Shown here piece after piece: positions 30,883 through 40,894 of a stretch of DNA of 64,000 nt (within the stretch, counting starts at the first letter, position 1; every line of letters begins with the position of its first letter). Source of the stretch: Bacteroidia bacterium (GTDB lineage Bacteria; Bacteroidota; Bacteroidia; AKYH767-A; OLB10). Below the pieces are notes generated by a model. The model was not told the origin of the DNA, did not search any database, and saw only the letters and a program-made list of their open reading frames with translations. The stretch is taken from contig JADLBQ010000022.1 in NCBI GenBank assembly GCA_020847635.1, forward strand, positions 37,850-101,849, given 5' to 3'. Both the position numbers and the translations under genes were made by a program.

Positions 30883-32064
30883 CTAATATTTCGGATTCGT
30901 ATTCTCTGGATATCGCGTTAAATACAATTCTTTTACCAAGGTAATTAAGGATGACTGGAGTTCAGCAATGTTTTCTTTTTTCAGAGCAGAAATAAAAACT
31001 ACCGGATAACCCAGTTTGCTCATCCATGATTTACGGAAAACTGCTAACACTTCTTCACGGGGTTGATCATCTTCTTCCCAGCGGAAGGCATCCGCTTTAT
31101 TCATTACAAGAATGGTGGGTTTACCGGCTGCGCCAAGTTCGGCCAATGTTTCATTTACAACCCCGATATGTTCTTCAAAGTTGGGATGTGAAAGATCTGT
31201 AACATGAAGCAAAATGTCAGCTTCCCGGACTTCATCCAGTGTAGATTTAAAGGATTCGACCAGATGATGAGGTAGTTTACGGATAAACCCTACAGTGTCT
31301 GCAAGTAAAAAAGGCCTCTCATCAATTACTACTTTTCTGACAGTTGTGTCAAGCGTTGCAAAAAGTTTGTTTTCAGCAAAGACATCAGCTTTACTAAGTA
31401 CGTTCATGAGTGTACTTTTACCGGCATTGGTGTAACCGACCAGAGCAACCCGGATGAGTTCATTTCTTTTTTTTCGTTGAACCGCGGTTTGCCGGGCAAT
31501 GGTTTCGAGTTCTTCTTTCAGTTTGCTGAGCTTATCCCGTATAACCCGCCTGTCGGTTTCAATTTCTTTTTCGCCTGGTCCGCGGGTTCCGATGCCACCT
31601 TGCTGTTTTTCAAGGTGTGTCCACATTCTGGTCAGTCTTGGCAGCAGATACTGGTACTGTGCCAATTCAACCTGAACCCTTGACCGGGCAGTTCGTGCAC
31701 GTTTGGCAAAAATATCAAGTATCAGGTTGGTTCGGTCAATGATCCGGATGTGGACTGCTTTTTCGAGATTGCGAATTTGAGAAGGTGACAGTTCATCATC
31801 AAAAATTGCCAGATTAATCCCGTTAGCTTTTATAAAGGCTCCAATTTCTTCAAGTTTTCCTTGCCCGATATAGAACCTTGGATCGGGATGGTACAGCCGT
31901 TGCAGAAATTTCTTTTTTGTAACGGCTCCTGCGGTATGTGCCAGAAACTCAAGTTCATCAATGTATTCCTGGACCTGACGCAGATCTTCACCTTTTGAAA
32001 TAACACCAATTAGAATTGCCTGCTCGGGCTTTTTCAGTGAATAATCAACCTGATGTTTCGCCAT
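30883..32064 (-). CDS. hflX: GTPase HflX
   Basis: 393 aa with an HflX N-domain and G-domain 'VALVGYTNAGKSTLMN', 'DTVGF' and 'NKAD'. Confidence 0.9.
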   Translation of the reverse strand: MAKHQVDYSLKKPEQAILIGVISKGEDLRQVQEYIDELEFLAHTAGAVTKKKFLQRLYHPDPRFYIGQGKLEEIGAFIKANGINLAIFDDELSPSQIRNLEKAVHIRIIDRTNLILDIFAKRARTARSRVQVELAQYQYLLPRLTRMWTHLEKQQGGIGTRGPGEKEIETDRRVIRDKLSKLKEELETIARQTAVQRKKRNELIRVALVGYTNAGKSTLMNVLSKADVFAENKLFATLDTTVRKVVIDERPFLLADTVGFIRKLPHHLVESFKSTLDEVREADILLHVTDLSHPNFEEHIGVVNETLAELGAAGKPTILVMNKADAFRWEEDDQPREEVLAVFRKSWMSKLGYPVVFISALKKENIAELQSSLITLVKELYLTRYPENTNPKY

Positions 32065-32684
32065 CAGTGTTTCATATTCTGGACGTATCCGGCAACTGCC
32101 TGAATCTGTTCTTCAGTCAGCAGTTTTTTATAAGCCATCATGCTGTTTTTCCCGTTTCTGATAACCCGGATTTGTTCTTCAGCAGTTAATTGTGACTTTG
32201 TCAGATCTTTTGCACCGCTTAACATTCTTTTCCCATCCATACCATGACAGGATGCACAGTTATTTTCAAATATGGTCTGACCTAATTCTATTCCTGATTT
32301 GCCGGCAAGTTCACCTTTAATTTCCTTTTTAAAAACAGGACTTTTCATTTCTGAAATTCCATAAATATAGACAAGCATCATTAAGGAAAGCACAACCAGG
32401 ATTTTATTTTTCTTTTTAAAAGCAACGATTGACAGCGGGATAACACAAATCAGCACAATTATTTTAACCCAAAACCAGGCTCCGATTAATCCTGAATAGA
32501 TGGTCAGGTAGATACCGGTTAATAAGAAAGCAACACTGATTATTCTGTCAGCTAATTGAGTTCTTTTAGTGAAACTGGCAAGAGCCGAGTCTGCATTTGC
32601 TAGCAACAGGATGGTTTTAACGAGAAAAAGAACAACAAAAAGGATTACACTGAGTGAGTGTGTGTGTAACATTCCGGTGAACAT
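32064..32684 (-). CDS. Membrane-anchored monoheme c-type cytochrome
   Basis: 206 aa with four N-terminal TM helices and a C-terminal class-I cytochrome c domain carrying 'CASCHG'. Confidence 0.7.
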   Translation of the reverse strand: MFTGMLHTHSLSVILFVVLFLVKTILLLANADSALASFTKRTQLADRIISVAFLLTGIYLTIYSGLIGAWFWVKIIVLICVIPLSIVAFKKKNKILVVLSLMMLVYIYGISEMKSPVFKKEIKGELAGKSGIELGQTIFENNCASCHGMDGKRMLSGAKDLTKSQLTAEEQIRVIRNGKNSMMAYKKLLTEEQIQAVAGYVQNMKH

Positions 32685-32785
32685 AAAGCGTAGAGTTTAG
32701 ATGCAAACGTAAGTAACAAAATTTGAACAGATTTAGTCAGAGTCTGAAAGAATTTTTTTTAAACTTTTGATTCATGCTATAACAG

Positions 32786-33247
32786 CTAAATGACCGGTTT
32801 GTTTTTTTTGAAATCCGGCAGGCTATCAAGAAATTGAATTTGAGGTTGTGATAAATCGCAACAATAATGTTCAATCCCATTGGTAAGAACCAGGTAAGGT
32901 GCTTGATGAGTGATGTTGTACCGGGCAGCCTGCATCAGTGTGTCTTTTGAAATGTGAATATGAGGAGCTTTGCATTCGACAATCATCCAGGGTTTGCCAT
33001 GTAAATCATAAATTACCAGATCTGTACGCTTCGTTCCTGAGACAATTTTTACTCCTTTTTCAATACTCATTAGGGAAGCCGGATAAGTTTTAACTTCTAT
33101 AAGAAAGCGGATAAAATGCTGCCGGACCCATTCTTCAGGAGTCAGTAAAACAAATCGTTTTCTAAGACAGTCGAAAATTTGTTTCTTTTGCCTGAACGCA
33201 CGGATGCTAAATTCAAATTTCGGAAGATTGAGTTCAGTATATGGCAT
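32786..33247 (-). CDS. Type I restriction enzyme HsdR N-terminal-domain-like (PD-(D/E)XK-like) small protein
   Basis: 153 aa. 'EEWVRQHFIRFL...TDLVIYDLHGKPWMIVECKAPHIHI' resembles the HsdR_N-type small proteins commonly found near holA in Bacteroidota. Confidence 0.5.
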   Translation of the reverse strand: MPYTELNLPKFEFSIRAFRQKKQIFDCLRKRFVLLTPEEWVRQHFIRFLIEVKTYPASLMSIEKGVKIVSGTKRTDLVIYDLHGKPWMIVECKAPHIHISKDTLMQAARYNITHQAPYLVLTNGIEHYCCDLSQPQIQFLDSLPDFKKNKPVI

Positions 33248-33268
33248 TACAGAATCAGAGCAATAGTA

Positions 33269-34039
33269 ATGAAAAACAAAATTGAAATTACAGAAAACTG
33301 GCTTCCCCGATATACCGGTACAACCCTGAAGGATTTTGGTAAATACATTTTACTGACCAACTTTGGAAATTATATTAAAATGTTTTCCGAAATTCATCGG
33401 GTTCCGGTAAAGGGATTTGATAAAGCAATGCCCAGTGCGACTGCCGGAAACATTACAATGATTAATTTCGGAATGGGCAGTGCCAATGCCGCTACTATTA
33501 TGGATTTGCTCGGTGCAGTTGAACCCAAAGCCTGTTTGTTCCTGGGGAAATGCGGAGGGTTGAAGAGGAAGAATAAATTGGGTGATTTGATTCTTCCAAT
33601 TGCAGCAATTAGGGGAGAAGGAACTTCCGATGATTATATGCCAAAAGAGGTGCCGGCTCTTCCTGCATTCAGCCTCCAGAAAGCCGTATCAACAACAATC
33701 CGGAATCATAAATGTGATTACTGGACGGGTACCGTTTATACTACCAACCGAAGAGTTTGGGAACATGATAATGAGTTTAAAAAATATCTCCGGAAAATCA
33801 GAGTCATGGGAATTGATATGGAAACGGCAACTCTTTTTATAACCGGCTTTATCAATGAAATTCCGACTGGAGCCTTGCTGCTCGTATCTGATCAACCTAT
33901 GATCTCAGAAGGCGTGAAAACAAGTAAAAGTGATGCATTGGTTACTAAAAATTTTGCAGAGCGGCACCTCAGAATAGGAATTGATGCATTACACGAATTG
34001 ATTAATAATGGACTAACGGTAAAACATCTCCGTTTCTAA
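33269..34039 (+). CDS. Nucleoside phosphorylase family-1 protein (AMP nucleosidase-like)
   Basis: The PNP_UDP_1-like part is 'NFGMGSANAATIMDLL', 'GKCGGL' and 'GIDMETATLF'. I moved the start to the ATG at 33269, because the track ORF at 33179 overlaps the preceding gene. Confidence 0.6.
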   Translation: MKNKIEITENWLPRYTGTTLKDFGKYILLTNFGNYIKMFSEIHRVPVKGFDKAMPSATAGNITMINFGMGSANAATIMDLLGAVEPKACLFLGKCGGLKRKNKLGDLILPIAAIRGEGTSDDYMPKEVPALPAFSLQKAVSTTIRNHKCDYWTGTVYTTNRRVWEHDNEFKKYLRKIRVMGIDMETATLFITGFINEIPTGALLLVSDQPMISEGVKTSKSDALVTKNFAERHLRIGIDALHELINNGLTVKHLRF

Positions 34040-35070
34040 TGTCATTTGAGAAAATTATTTCAGAATTTAAAGGGAAAAACTATGCTCCGGTTTACCTGTT
34101 GCATGGCGAAGAGCCTTTCTTTATTGACCAGATTGCTTCTTATATCGAGCATCATTGCCTGGAGGAAAGTGAGCAGGAATTTAACCAGACGGTACTCTAT
34201 GGGAAGGATATAGATTTACTCGCTTTGATCAGTATGGCCAAAAGGTATCCCATGATGGCCGAAAGACAGGTAATCATTGTTCGTGAAGCACAGGAAATCA
34301 GAAATCTGTTTAAGAAAGATGAGAACGAGAGCTCAGGTAAGAATCCGTTGCTTGATTATATGACTTCACCACAGCGGTCAACAGTTTTGGTATTGTGTTA
34401 TAAATATAAGACTGCAGATAGCCGTACAAAGCTGGTTAAGGCTATTGCCAGAAACGGAGTCGTATTTAAGTCAGACAAGTTGTATGATGATAAAATTCCG
34501 TCTTGGATAGCTGATTACACATTAAAAGCCGGAGCCAAAATAACGGGTAATGCAGCAATTCTTCTGGCAGAACATATTGGGAATGATTTATCTCGAATTG
34601 CCAGGGAAGTAGATAAGCTGTGCATCAATCTCGGGAATAAAAACACGATTGATGAAGATATGATTGAAATGTATGTTGGCATCAGTAAAGAATATAATGT
34701 GTTTGAACTTCAAAAAGCATTAGGCCGTAAGGATGTTCTGGCTGCCAATCGCATAATAAACTATTTTGCTGCCAATCAGCGAAATAATCCAATGGTGATG
34801 GTGCTTGCTGTTCTGCATGGTTACTTTGTCAGGTTAATGAAGTATCATACCAGCGGGCTGAAAGACAGTAAATCACTGAGCGAATCGCTGGGAGTGAATC
34901 CGTATTTTCTGAAAGACTATGCAACTGCTGCCCGGTATTACAGTCCTAAAAAGCTAGTCGCAATTTTCAATGATCTGGCTGAATATGATTTAAGGTCCAA
35001 AGGACTTAACAGTGAAGCAACAGAAGATGGTGAATTGATGAAAGAATTGATTTTTAAAATCATGCACTAA
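34039..35070 (+). CDS. holA: DNA polymerase III subunit delta
   Basis: 343 aa starting 'YAPVYLLHGEEPFFIDQIASYIEHH', with a clamp-loader delta architecture. Confidence 0.8.
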   Translation: MSFEKIISEFKGKNYAPVYLLHGEEPFFIDQIASYIEHHCLEESEQEFNQTVLYGKDIDLLALISMAKRYPMMAERQVIIVREAQEIRNLFKKDENESSGKNPLLDYMTSPQRSTVLVLCYKYKTADSRTKLVKAIARNGVVFKSDKLYDDKIPSWIADYTLKAGAKITGNAAILLAEHIGNDLSRIAREVDKLCINLGNKNTIDEDMIEMYVGISKEYNVFELQKALGRKDVLAANRIINYFAANQRNNPMVMVLAVLHGYFVRLMKYHTSGLKDSKSLSESLGVNPYFLKDYATAARYYSPKKLVAIFNDLAEYDLRSKGLNSEATEDGELMKELIFKIMH

Positions 35071-35146
35071 CCGGTTTGGGTTATGCTGATATAACGATAT
35101 GAAAGACTACAATATCGGGGAAGGCCTGTTTTATTCAATAAACTGA

Positions 35147-37750
35147 TTAGTCCAGACCCCACATTCTGCGAAGTTCCTTATTTGTCTCAGTCTCCTGCAT
35201 TTCTTTAGTTCGTTTTTCAATGTACTCTTTCAGTGAAGTAAATTTTCCATCAAGTGCCGTATCAGAAGTATTTTCAGCAGCTCTTTTTTCACAGCTTTTT
35301 GAAAGTTCGTTTAGTACCTGATATGCAGAAAGCCTGATCCACCAGGTTCTGCCTTTTTGAGCAACCTCAAAAATCGTTGGTAAACCTGTTTCAATGGTCA
35401 ATGGCTTACAACGAGTCAGAAACTTACCATAGTTGAGTAATCCCTGGTAGCGTTCAAATCCCGACAAATCGTCATAAGTCTGAATCATAAAATTATTATT
35501 GCTGTCATTTCCATACATACTTAAAATATTAAATGCAATTACTCGCAGATATTTGTTTGCTGAAGTTTGAAAGTCGGAAGCCAGTAAACAGGCATGGTCC
35601 GAATCCTTATCACCAATTGCCATGATTGAAGTTTCGATAACATTATAAGAAGAGTCATGAACAGACCGCTCAAGCAATGATTTTAATTCCAGGTATTCAT
35701 AATTCTTGTTCAACATGTTGATTGCAGCGGCTCTTACATTGGCCTGTTCATCTTTTTCAGCCAGGTTCAATAAAATAGTTTTCACCTGCTGCCGGGTTGC
35801 TCCATCTTGGGCTAAGGGGCCACAACTCTTAATGGCTAAAACCCTAAGCTGCCAGAATTTATCATTCAATGCACTGATTAAAGCTGCAGCCTGCGGAGTT
35901 GCTGCTTTAATATTCTTACTGATTTTCTGCAATGCTTCCAGCCGGTCCATGTACAATGGGCCATGCTTATAAAGCGCAATCCATTCAAAGTTGTCTTTCT
36001 TGTCTGTCTTTTCGCACAACAGGTATTTATCAGCATCAACATTAACTAAATAAGGTTTAGAAGAGCAAGGGAATGAAAATTCACCAACAAGTGAGTTGAG
36101 TTCAACCGGATACCTCATTTTCCCCTCAGCAGTATAGATTTCTATTGTAAACGGAAGCCGGTAAAGAATGTATTTCCCGGTATCCTGAACCTGTTTAACG
36201 ATGACTTTTTGAATCTGACTTTCCTCGTTCCATTCATATGAAATAATTAATTCGGGATGTCCATGGTTAAAAAACCACTGATTAAAGAACCAGTTCAGGT
36301 CTTTGCCGGTTACTTCTTCAAATGCAAGTCGGAGGTTATGAGCTTCAACTGGTTGAAACCGGTTCTGAGTCAGATACAGTTTCAGTGATTTAAAAAAGGC
36401 ATCATCACCAACAAGATTCCTGAGCATGTGCAGAATTCGCGCGCCCTTCTGATATGTAACCACATCAAACATGTCTTCAGGGTCTTCATAATTGAACCGG
36501 ATGAGATCCTTGAGCGGGGCCCGTGGCTGATTCTTATAACTTTGTAAACTCTGGTTTAATTCATAATCAGCATAATCACGGCCATACTTATATTCATCCC
36601 ATAGGTATTCTCCATACGTTGCAAAAGCTTCGTTTAGCGGAACATTGCTCCATGATTCACAAGTTACTAAGTCTCCGAACCATTGATGAAATAATTCATG
36701 GGAAATCACTGATTCAGAATTGCCATCAAGAAGTGACCGGGCATCGGTCTGCAAAAACTCACCATGAACCGTAGCGGTTGTATTTTCCATGGCCCCTGAC
36801 ACGTAATCGCGAACAACCACCTGTGCGTATTTTGCCCAGGGAAAATCAACACCCACTTTGGTTGAAAAAAATTCAATCATTTCAGGAGTATTGCCAAAAA
36901 TAGCTCTTGCATAAGGAGCATATTCGGGTTCAACAAAATAATCAACACTGATGTTACGCCACTTGTCTCTAATTACAGTATAGTTGCCGATTGCCATCAT
37001 AACTAGATAAGGAGCATGGGGAAGATCCTGTTTCCAGTAGTCTGTTCTGGTTCCTTCTTTACTATTGATTACTGAACTGACAAGCAACCCGTTCGATAGT
37101 GTGACATAGGATGTATCTACTGTAATATATAATTCCTGGGTCATTCGTTCATTGGGTGAATCAATTGTAGGAAACCAGACGGAATTACTCTGGGTTTCTC
37201 CCTGGGTCCAGATTTGTTTTGGCTTTTTAGGATCACTTCCGTCAGCGTTTATAAAATACAATCCCTTATCAGAAGAGATGGCTGCACTGCCTCCGACATT
37301 TTTCAGTTCATCAGGCCTGGCTACATAATCAATAAATATTTTATAGGTCTCATCATTTTTATAAGTCTTGTCAAGAGAAATAATCAGACTGTCGTTTTTA
37401 TAATCAAATTTTAACTGCTGCTTTTTAAGTCCCTGAATCAGACTTACTTCTTTAATTTCCATTCCACGTGCATTCAGGTAAAGGGTATTCTGAGGATAGA
37501 AGTATGGTTTGATGCTGAGCGTTGACTCACCATAAAGATATTTTTTGTCCCAGTCGAAGCTGACACGAAGTTCCATATGAAGGATATCGCTAAGCCTGTC
37601 ATTAGAGGCCCGATACACAGGATGCTCGGCAATTTTCTGATTTTGTAATTTCTCTACGTTAACCGGTGGAAGATTAACCGTTACTGTTTTCTGGGCAGGC
37701 TTGCATGACCAGATCAGGGTAACAAGAAGAAGAATTGAGAATGGTTTCAT
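35147..37750 (-). CDS. M1-family aminopeptidase (aminopeptidase N-like) with C-terminal HEAT-like repeats
   Basis: 867 aa with a signal/lipobox ('LIWSCKPA'), 'GAMEN', and the zinc motif 'HELFHQWFGDLVT...E'. Confidence 0.8.
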   Translation of the reverse strand: MKPFSILLLVTLIWSCKPAQKTVTVNLPPVNVEKLQNQKIAEHPVYRASNDRLSDILHMELRVSFDWDKKYLYGESTLSIKPYFYPQNTLYLNARGMEIKEVSLIQGLKKQQLKFDYKNDSLIISLDKTYKNDETYKIFIDYVARPDELKNVGGSAAISSDKGLYFINADGSDPKKPKQIWTQGETQSNSVWFPTIDSPNERMTQELYITVDTSYVTLSNGLLVSSVINSKEGTRTDYWKQDLPHAPYLVMMAIGNYTVIRDKWRNISVDYFVEPEYAPYARAIFGNTPEMIEFFSTKVGVDFPWAKYAQVVVRDYVSGAMENTTATVHGEFLQTDARSLLDGNSESVISHELFHQWFGDLVTCESWSNVPLNEAFATYGEYLWDEYKYGRDYADYELNQSLQSYKNQPRAPLKDLIRFNYEDPEDMFDVVTYQKGARILHMLRNLVGDDAFFKSLKLYLTQNRFQPVEAHNLRLAFEEVTGKDLNWFFNQWFFNHGHPELIISYEWNEESQIQKVIVKQVQDTGKYILYRLPFTIEIYTAEGKMRYPVELNSLVGEFSFPCSSKPYLVNVDADKYLLCEKTDKKDNFEWIALYKHGPLYMDRLEALQKISKNIKAATPQAAALISALNDKFWQLRVLAIKSCGPLAQDGATRQQVKTILLNLAEKDEQANVRAAAINMLNKNYEYLELKSLLERSVHDSSYNVIETSIMAIGDKDSDHACLLASDFQTSANKYLRVIAFNILSMYGNDSNNNFMIQTYDDLSGFERYQGLLNYGKFLTRCKPLTIETGLPTIFEVAQKGRTWWIRLSAYQVLNELSKSCEKRAAENTSDTALDGKFTSLKEYIEKRTKEMQETETNKELRRMWGLD

Positions 37751-37799
37751 TGTTCTGAAGAGTAAGTATGAATTAACTGGTAATTAGAGCAGATTGTTT

Positions 37800-39215
37800 T
37801 TAATAGGCTGTAAAAATATAAGGTGCCAGGGTATTAATGATTTGGAAAGGATAATCCCAAATTCCTGCAATCAGAATTCCTGCAATAAAAATGACAGCTG
37901 CTGTGTTGAATGCTTTATCACACTTAATATTTGGAATCGGTGAATCATGCTGATCCATAAACATCACACGGATTACCCGCAGGTAATAATACAATGACAG
38001 TACAATGTTAAGTGCTGCAATGGTAATTAGAACAAAATTTCCTTTTCCGGCACCGGCTGCCAGCAGAAAAAATTTACCAAAGAATCCGGCAGTTGGTGGA
38101 ATTCCAGCCAGTGAAAAAAGTGATAATGCCATGATCCATGCAAGGCTTGGGTTGGTTTTTGCCAGGCCACGGTAGTCATTGATATTTTCTTTTCCTGATG
38201 CAGCAGAAATCAGTCCGACCACTGCAAAAGCAGCCAGGTTTGAAAAAACATAAATAAAAATAAAATAAGTGGCAGATGAAATTCCAAGCTGATTATATCC
38301 GCTCAGACCTACAAGGATAAATCCCACCTGGGCAATGGAAGAAAATGCCAGAAAACGCTTCAGGTTCTGTTGACGGATTGCGAAGAGGTTACCAATCGTC
38401 ATAGTAACAACTGCAGTAATAAAAAGGGTGTTATAGCCAGTATTCTCTATCTGGCGGAATACAGTATATAAGATGGTGGTAAAAATGAATACCATGGCTC
38501 CTTTGGAAACTACCGACAGATATGCAGTAATAGCAACCGGTGAGCCTTCATAAACATCAGCAGTCCAGAGGTGAAACGGAATCACAGAAAGTTTAAAGGC
38601 AAATCCGGCAAATACCAGTATGAATCCAAAGACCTGAAGTGGGTGTCCCGTCAGGTTGAATGACAATTCAGTGAATGATATGGTTCCGGTCGTTCCATAA
38701 ATAAACGAAATTCCTAACAGCAATACAGCTGAAGCCAATGCTGATAACAAAATCATTTTCATCCCTGCTTCGGAAGATTGCTTTTTTTCTAAATCAAAAT
38801 TACAGAGTGCTGCCAGCGGAATCGTTGCTAATTCAAGAGAAAGATAGAACATCAGAAAATTGCCCGAGGAAAGCATGAAGAACATACCTAGCAGCGTAGT
38901 TAGCAACAAGATGAAAAACTCAGGTACATGATGATGATGTTTAAGCCAGCTCCAGGAAGAAAGTACAATCAGAAGTGTTGCCAGGTTCAGGATGTTCTTC
39001 TGAATGGAAATGAATTCATTGGTATGAAACATGTTGCCGAAAACAGAGCCATAGCTGTTTCCAAAAAAACCTGCAAGAAAATTAACAGCCAGCAGCACGC
39101 AGGTAATCAGGAAGAATTGGTGGTTACTGATTTCTTTCAACAGTTTGATTAAAATAAAAATCAGCAGCAGAGCTGTCAGGAGGAGTTCATGTTTGAGAAG
39201 GAGGAGCGAATTCAC
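37800..39215 (-). CDS. nuoN: NADH-quinone oxidoreductase subunit N
   Basis: 471 aa, polytopic and antiporter-like. It is the last gene of the L-M-N trio. Confidence 0.8.
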   Translation of the reverse strand: MNSLLLLKHELLLTALLLIFILIKLLKEISNHQFFLITCVLLAVNFLAGFFGNSYGSVFGNMFHTNEFISIQKNILNLATLLIVLSSWSWLKHHHHVPEFFILLLTTLLGMFFMLSSGNFLMFYLSLELATIPLAALCNFDLEKKQSSEAGMKMILLSALASAVLLLGISFIYGTTGTISFTELSFNLTGHPLQVFGFILVFAGFAFKLSVIPFHLWTADVYEGSPVAITAYLSVVSKGAMVFIFTTILYTVFRQIENTGYNTLFITAVVTMTIGNLFAIRQQNLKRFLAFSSIAQVGFILVGLSGYNQLGISSATYFIFIYVFSNLAAFAVVGLISAASGKENINDYRGLAKTNPSLAWIMALSLFSLAGIPPTAGFFGKFFLLAAGAGKGNFVLITIAALNIVLSLYYYLRVIRVMFMDQHDSPIPNIKCDKAFNTAAVIFIAGILIAGIWDYPFQIINTLAPYIFTAY

Positions 39216-39318
39216 CGGTAGATATCAGACTTAGGGCTAAACTCAGGGTTAACAATTGTATATACAGGTTCGGCTGCTTCCGGAACAAATATGCATGATG
39301 ATCTTCTTATTATTTTCA

Positions 39319-40827
39319 TCAGTTTCCTGAAATTAACTGTTCAAAAATAATAGCTGCATCAGGACTTACCAGGTTATTTAACCAGAACGGGGCAGTTCCA
39401 ACAACAATAATCCCTGCAGCCAGCATTATAGCTGCAATTCGTTCATTCCATGTTGCATCTTTCAGAGACGATTTGTGTTTTTCATCGCTTAATGCAGCCG
39501 GCAAGGGTCCCATTGCAACTCTCCCCATAGCCCGAAGAATATACACAGCCGTTACCACAATAGATGCACAGGCAACAATGGTTGAGATCCTGTAAAAGGC
39601 ACCCGGGTTTTGCCATGATCCCATGAATATAGTCATCTCGGCAACAAAACCACTGAGACCGGGTAACCCCAGTGAAGTAAAACCGGCAAGGAAGAGCATG
39701 GTGCAGATAAAAGGCATGCTTTTAATCAGCCCGCCCATTTGCCTGACAACACGCGTATGTGTTCGTTCATAAATCATTCCGATAACAGCAAAAAACAAAG
39801 CTGTCATTAGTCCATGCGATACCATTTGCATCACTGCACCCGTAATAGCTGTCTTAGTTAGCATCCCGATGCCAAGCAATACAAAACCACAATGGGAAAC
39901 AGAAGAGTAGGCATTGATGTATTTTAAGTCCGTTTGCATGACAGTGGCAAAAGCTCCATAAATAATTCCGATGGTTGCCAAAGCAATAATGTATGGTGCA
40001 TAAACGGAAGCAGCTTCGGGCATCAGGTAAGTAGCAACTCTCAGGCAACCGTAGCCTCCCAGTTTCATTGAAATGCCGGCAAGAAACATTGATCCGGCTG
40101 TAGGTGCTGAACTGTGACCGTCAGGTACCCAGGAGTAAAACGGAAAAATGGCAGTAAAGACTCCGAATCCAATAAACAGAAATGGGAAAAACATTATTTG
40201 TGTTTCAACTGGAAGTTTGATTTGGCTGATCCGGATAAGATCAAAAGCCTTCAATCCTGAGTGAAAATACATTCCCAAAATTCCAACAAGAATCAGTGCT
40301 GAAGCACCCATGAGCATAATTGCTAACTTATTGGCGCTGTATTCCTTTTTACCACTCCCCCAGATACCAATAAGCAGGTATTTTGGAATTACAGCAACTT
40401 CTAGGAAAAAGAAAATCAGAAACAGATCAACTGAAATAAAAAAGCCGTAAGCACCGGCACCGAGTAGCTGTAGCAAAATCAAAAACTCTTGAGTCATGTA
40501 TCCGATATTCCATGAAACCAATACTCCGGCTGTGACAACCAGCGCAGTCAGGATAATCATGGCAACTGAAATACCGTCAATTCCAATATGAAATGTAATC
40601 CCGGCTGACTGAAACCAGTTGAGCTGTTGTTCAAAAAGCATCATTGATATGTTTCCGGATGCCCGTTCAGTCTGGAAGGCAAACAAGAGCATTAATGAAA
40701 AGACCAGTTGGGCTGCACTGAACAATAGAGAGACCCATTTTGCCTGAGTGTTGTTTTTAACAAACAACGTTAATAGGATCGCAACTGAAGGCAGCAGCAG
40801 TAGCAGCAGTAAATTCATTCGGAACAA
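39319..40827 (-). CDS. nuoM: NADH-quinone oxidoreductase subunit M
   Basis: 502 aa, a polytopic Mrp-antiporter-like protein. Confidence 0.8.
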   Translation of the reverse strand: MFRMNLLLLLLLPSVAILLTLFVKNNTQAKWVSLLFSAAQLVFSLMLLFAFQTERASGNISMMLFEQQLNWFQSAGITFHIGIDGISVAMIILTALVVTAGVLVSWNIGYMTQEFLILLQLLGAGAYGFFISVDLFLIFFFLEVAVIPKYLLIGIWGSGKKEYSANKLAIMLMGASALILVGILGMYFHSGLKAFDLIRISQIKLPVETQIMFFPFLFIGFGVFTAIFPFYSWVPDGHSSAPTAGSMFLAGISMKLGGYGCLRVATYLMPEAASVYAPYIIALATIGIIYGAFATVMQTDLKYINAYSSVSHCGFVLLGIGMLTKTAITGAVMQMVSHGLMTALFFAVIGMIYERTHTRVVRQMGGLIKSMPFICTMLFLAGFTSLGLPGLSGFVAEMTIFMGSWQNPGAFYRISTIVACASIVVTAVYILRAMGRVAMGPLPAALSDEKHKSSLKDATWNERIAAIMLAAGIIVVGTAPFWLNNLVSPDAAIIFEQLISGN

Positions 40828-40894
40828 ATATCAGTTAATCCGGTTAAATAAAAATGATTTGCAGGGTTCTGGTTAATCATAATTTTATCATTAG

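Noticed and set aside
33179-33268. Upstream extension of the nucleoside phosphorylase ORF (start at 33179)
   Set aside because: It would overlap the HsdR-N-like gene by about 70 bp on the opposite strand. The phosphorylase-like homology begins after the ATG at 33269.
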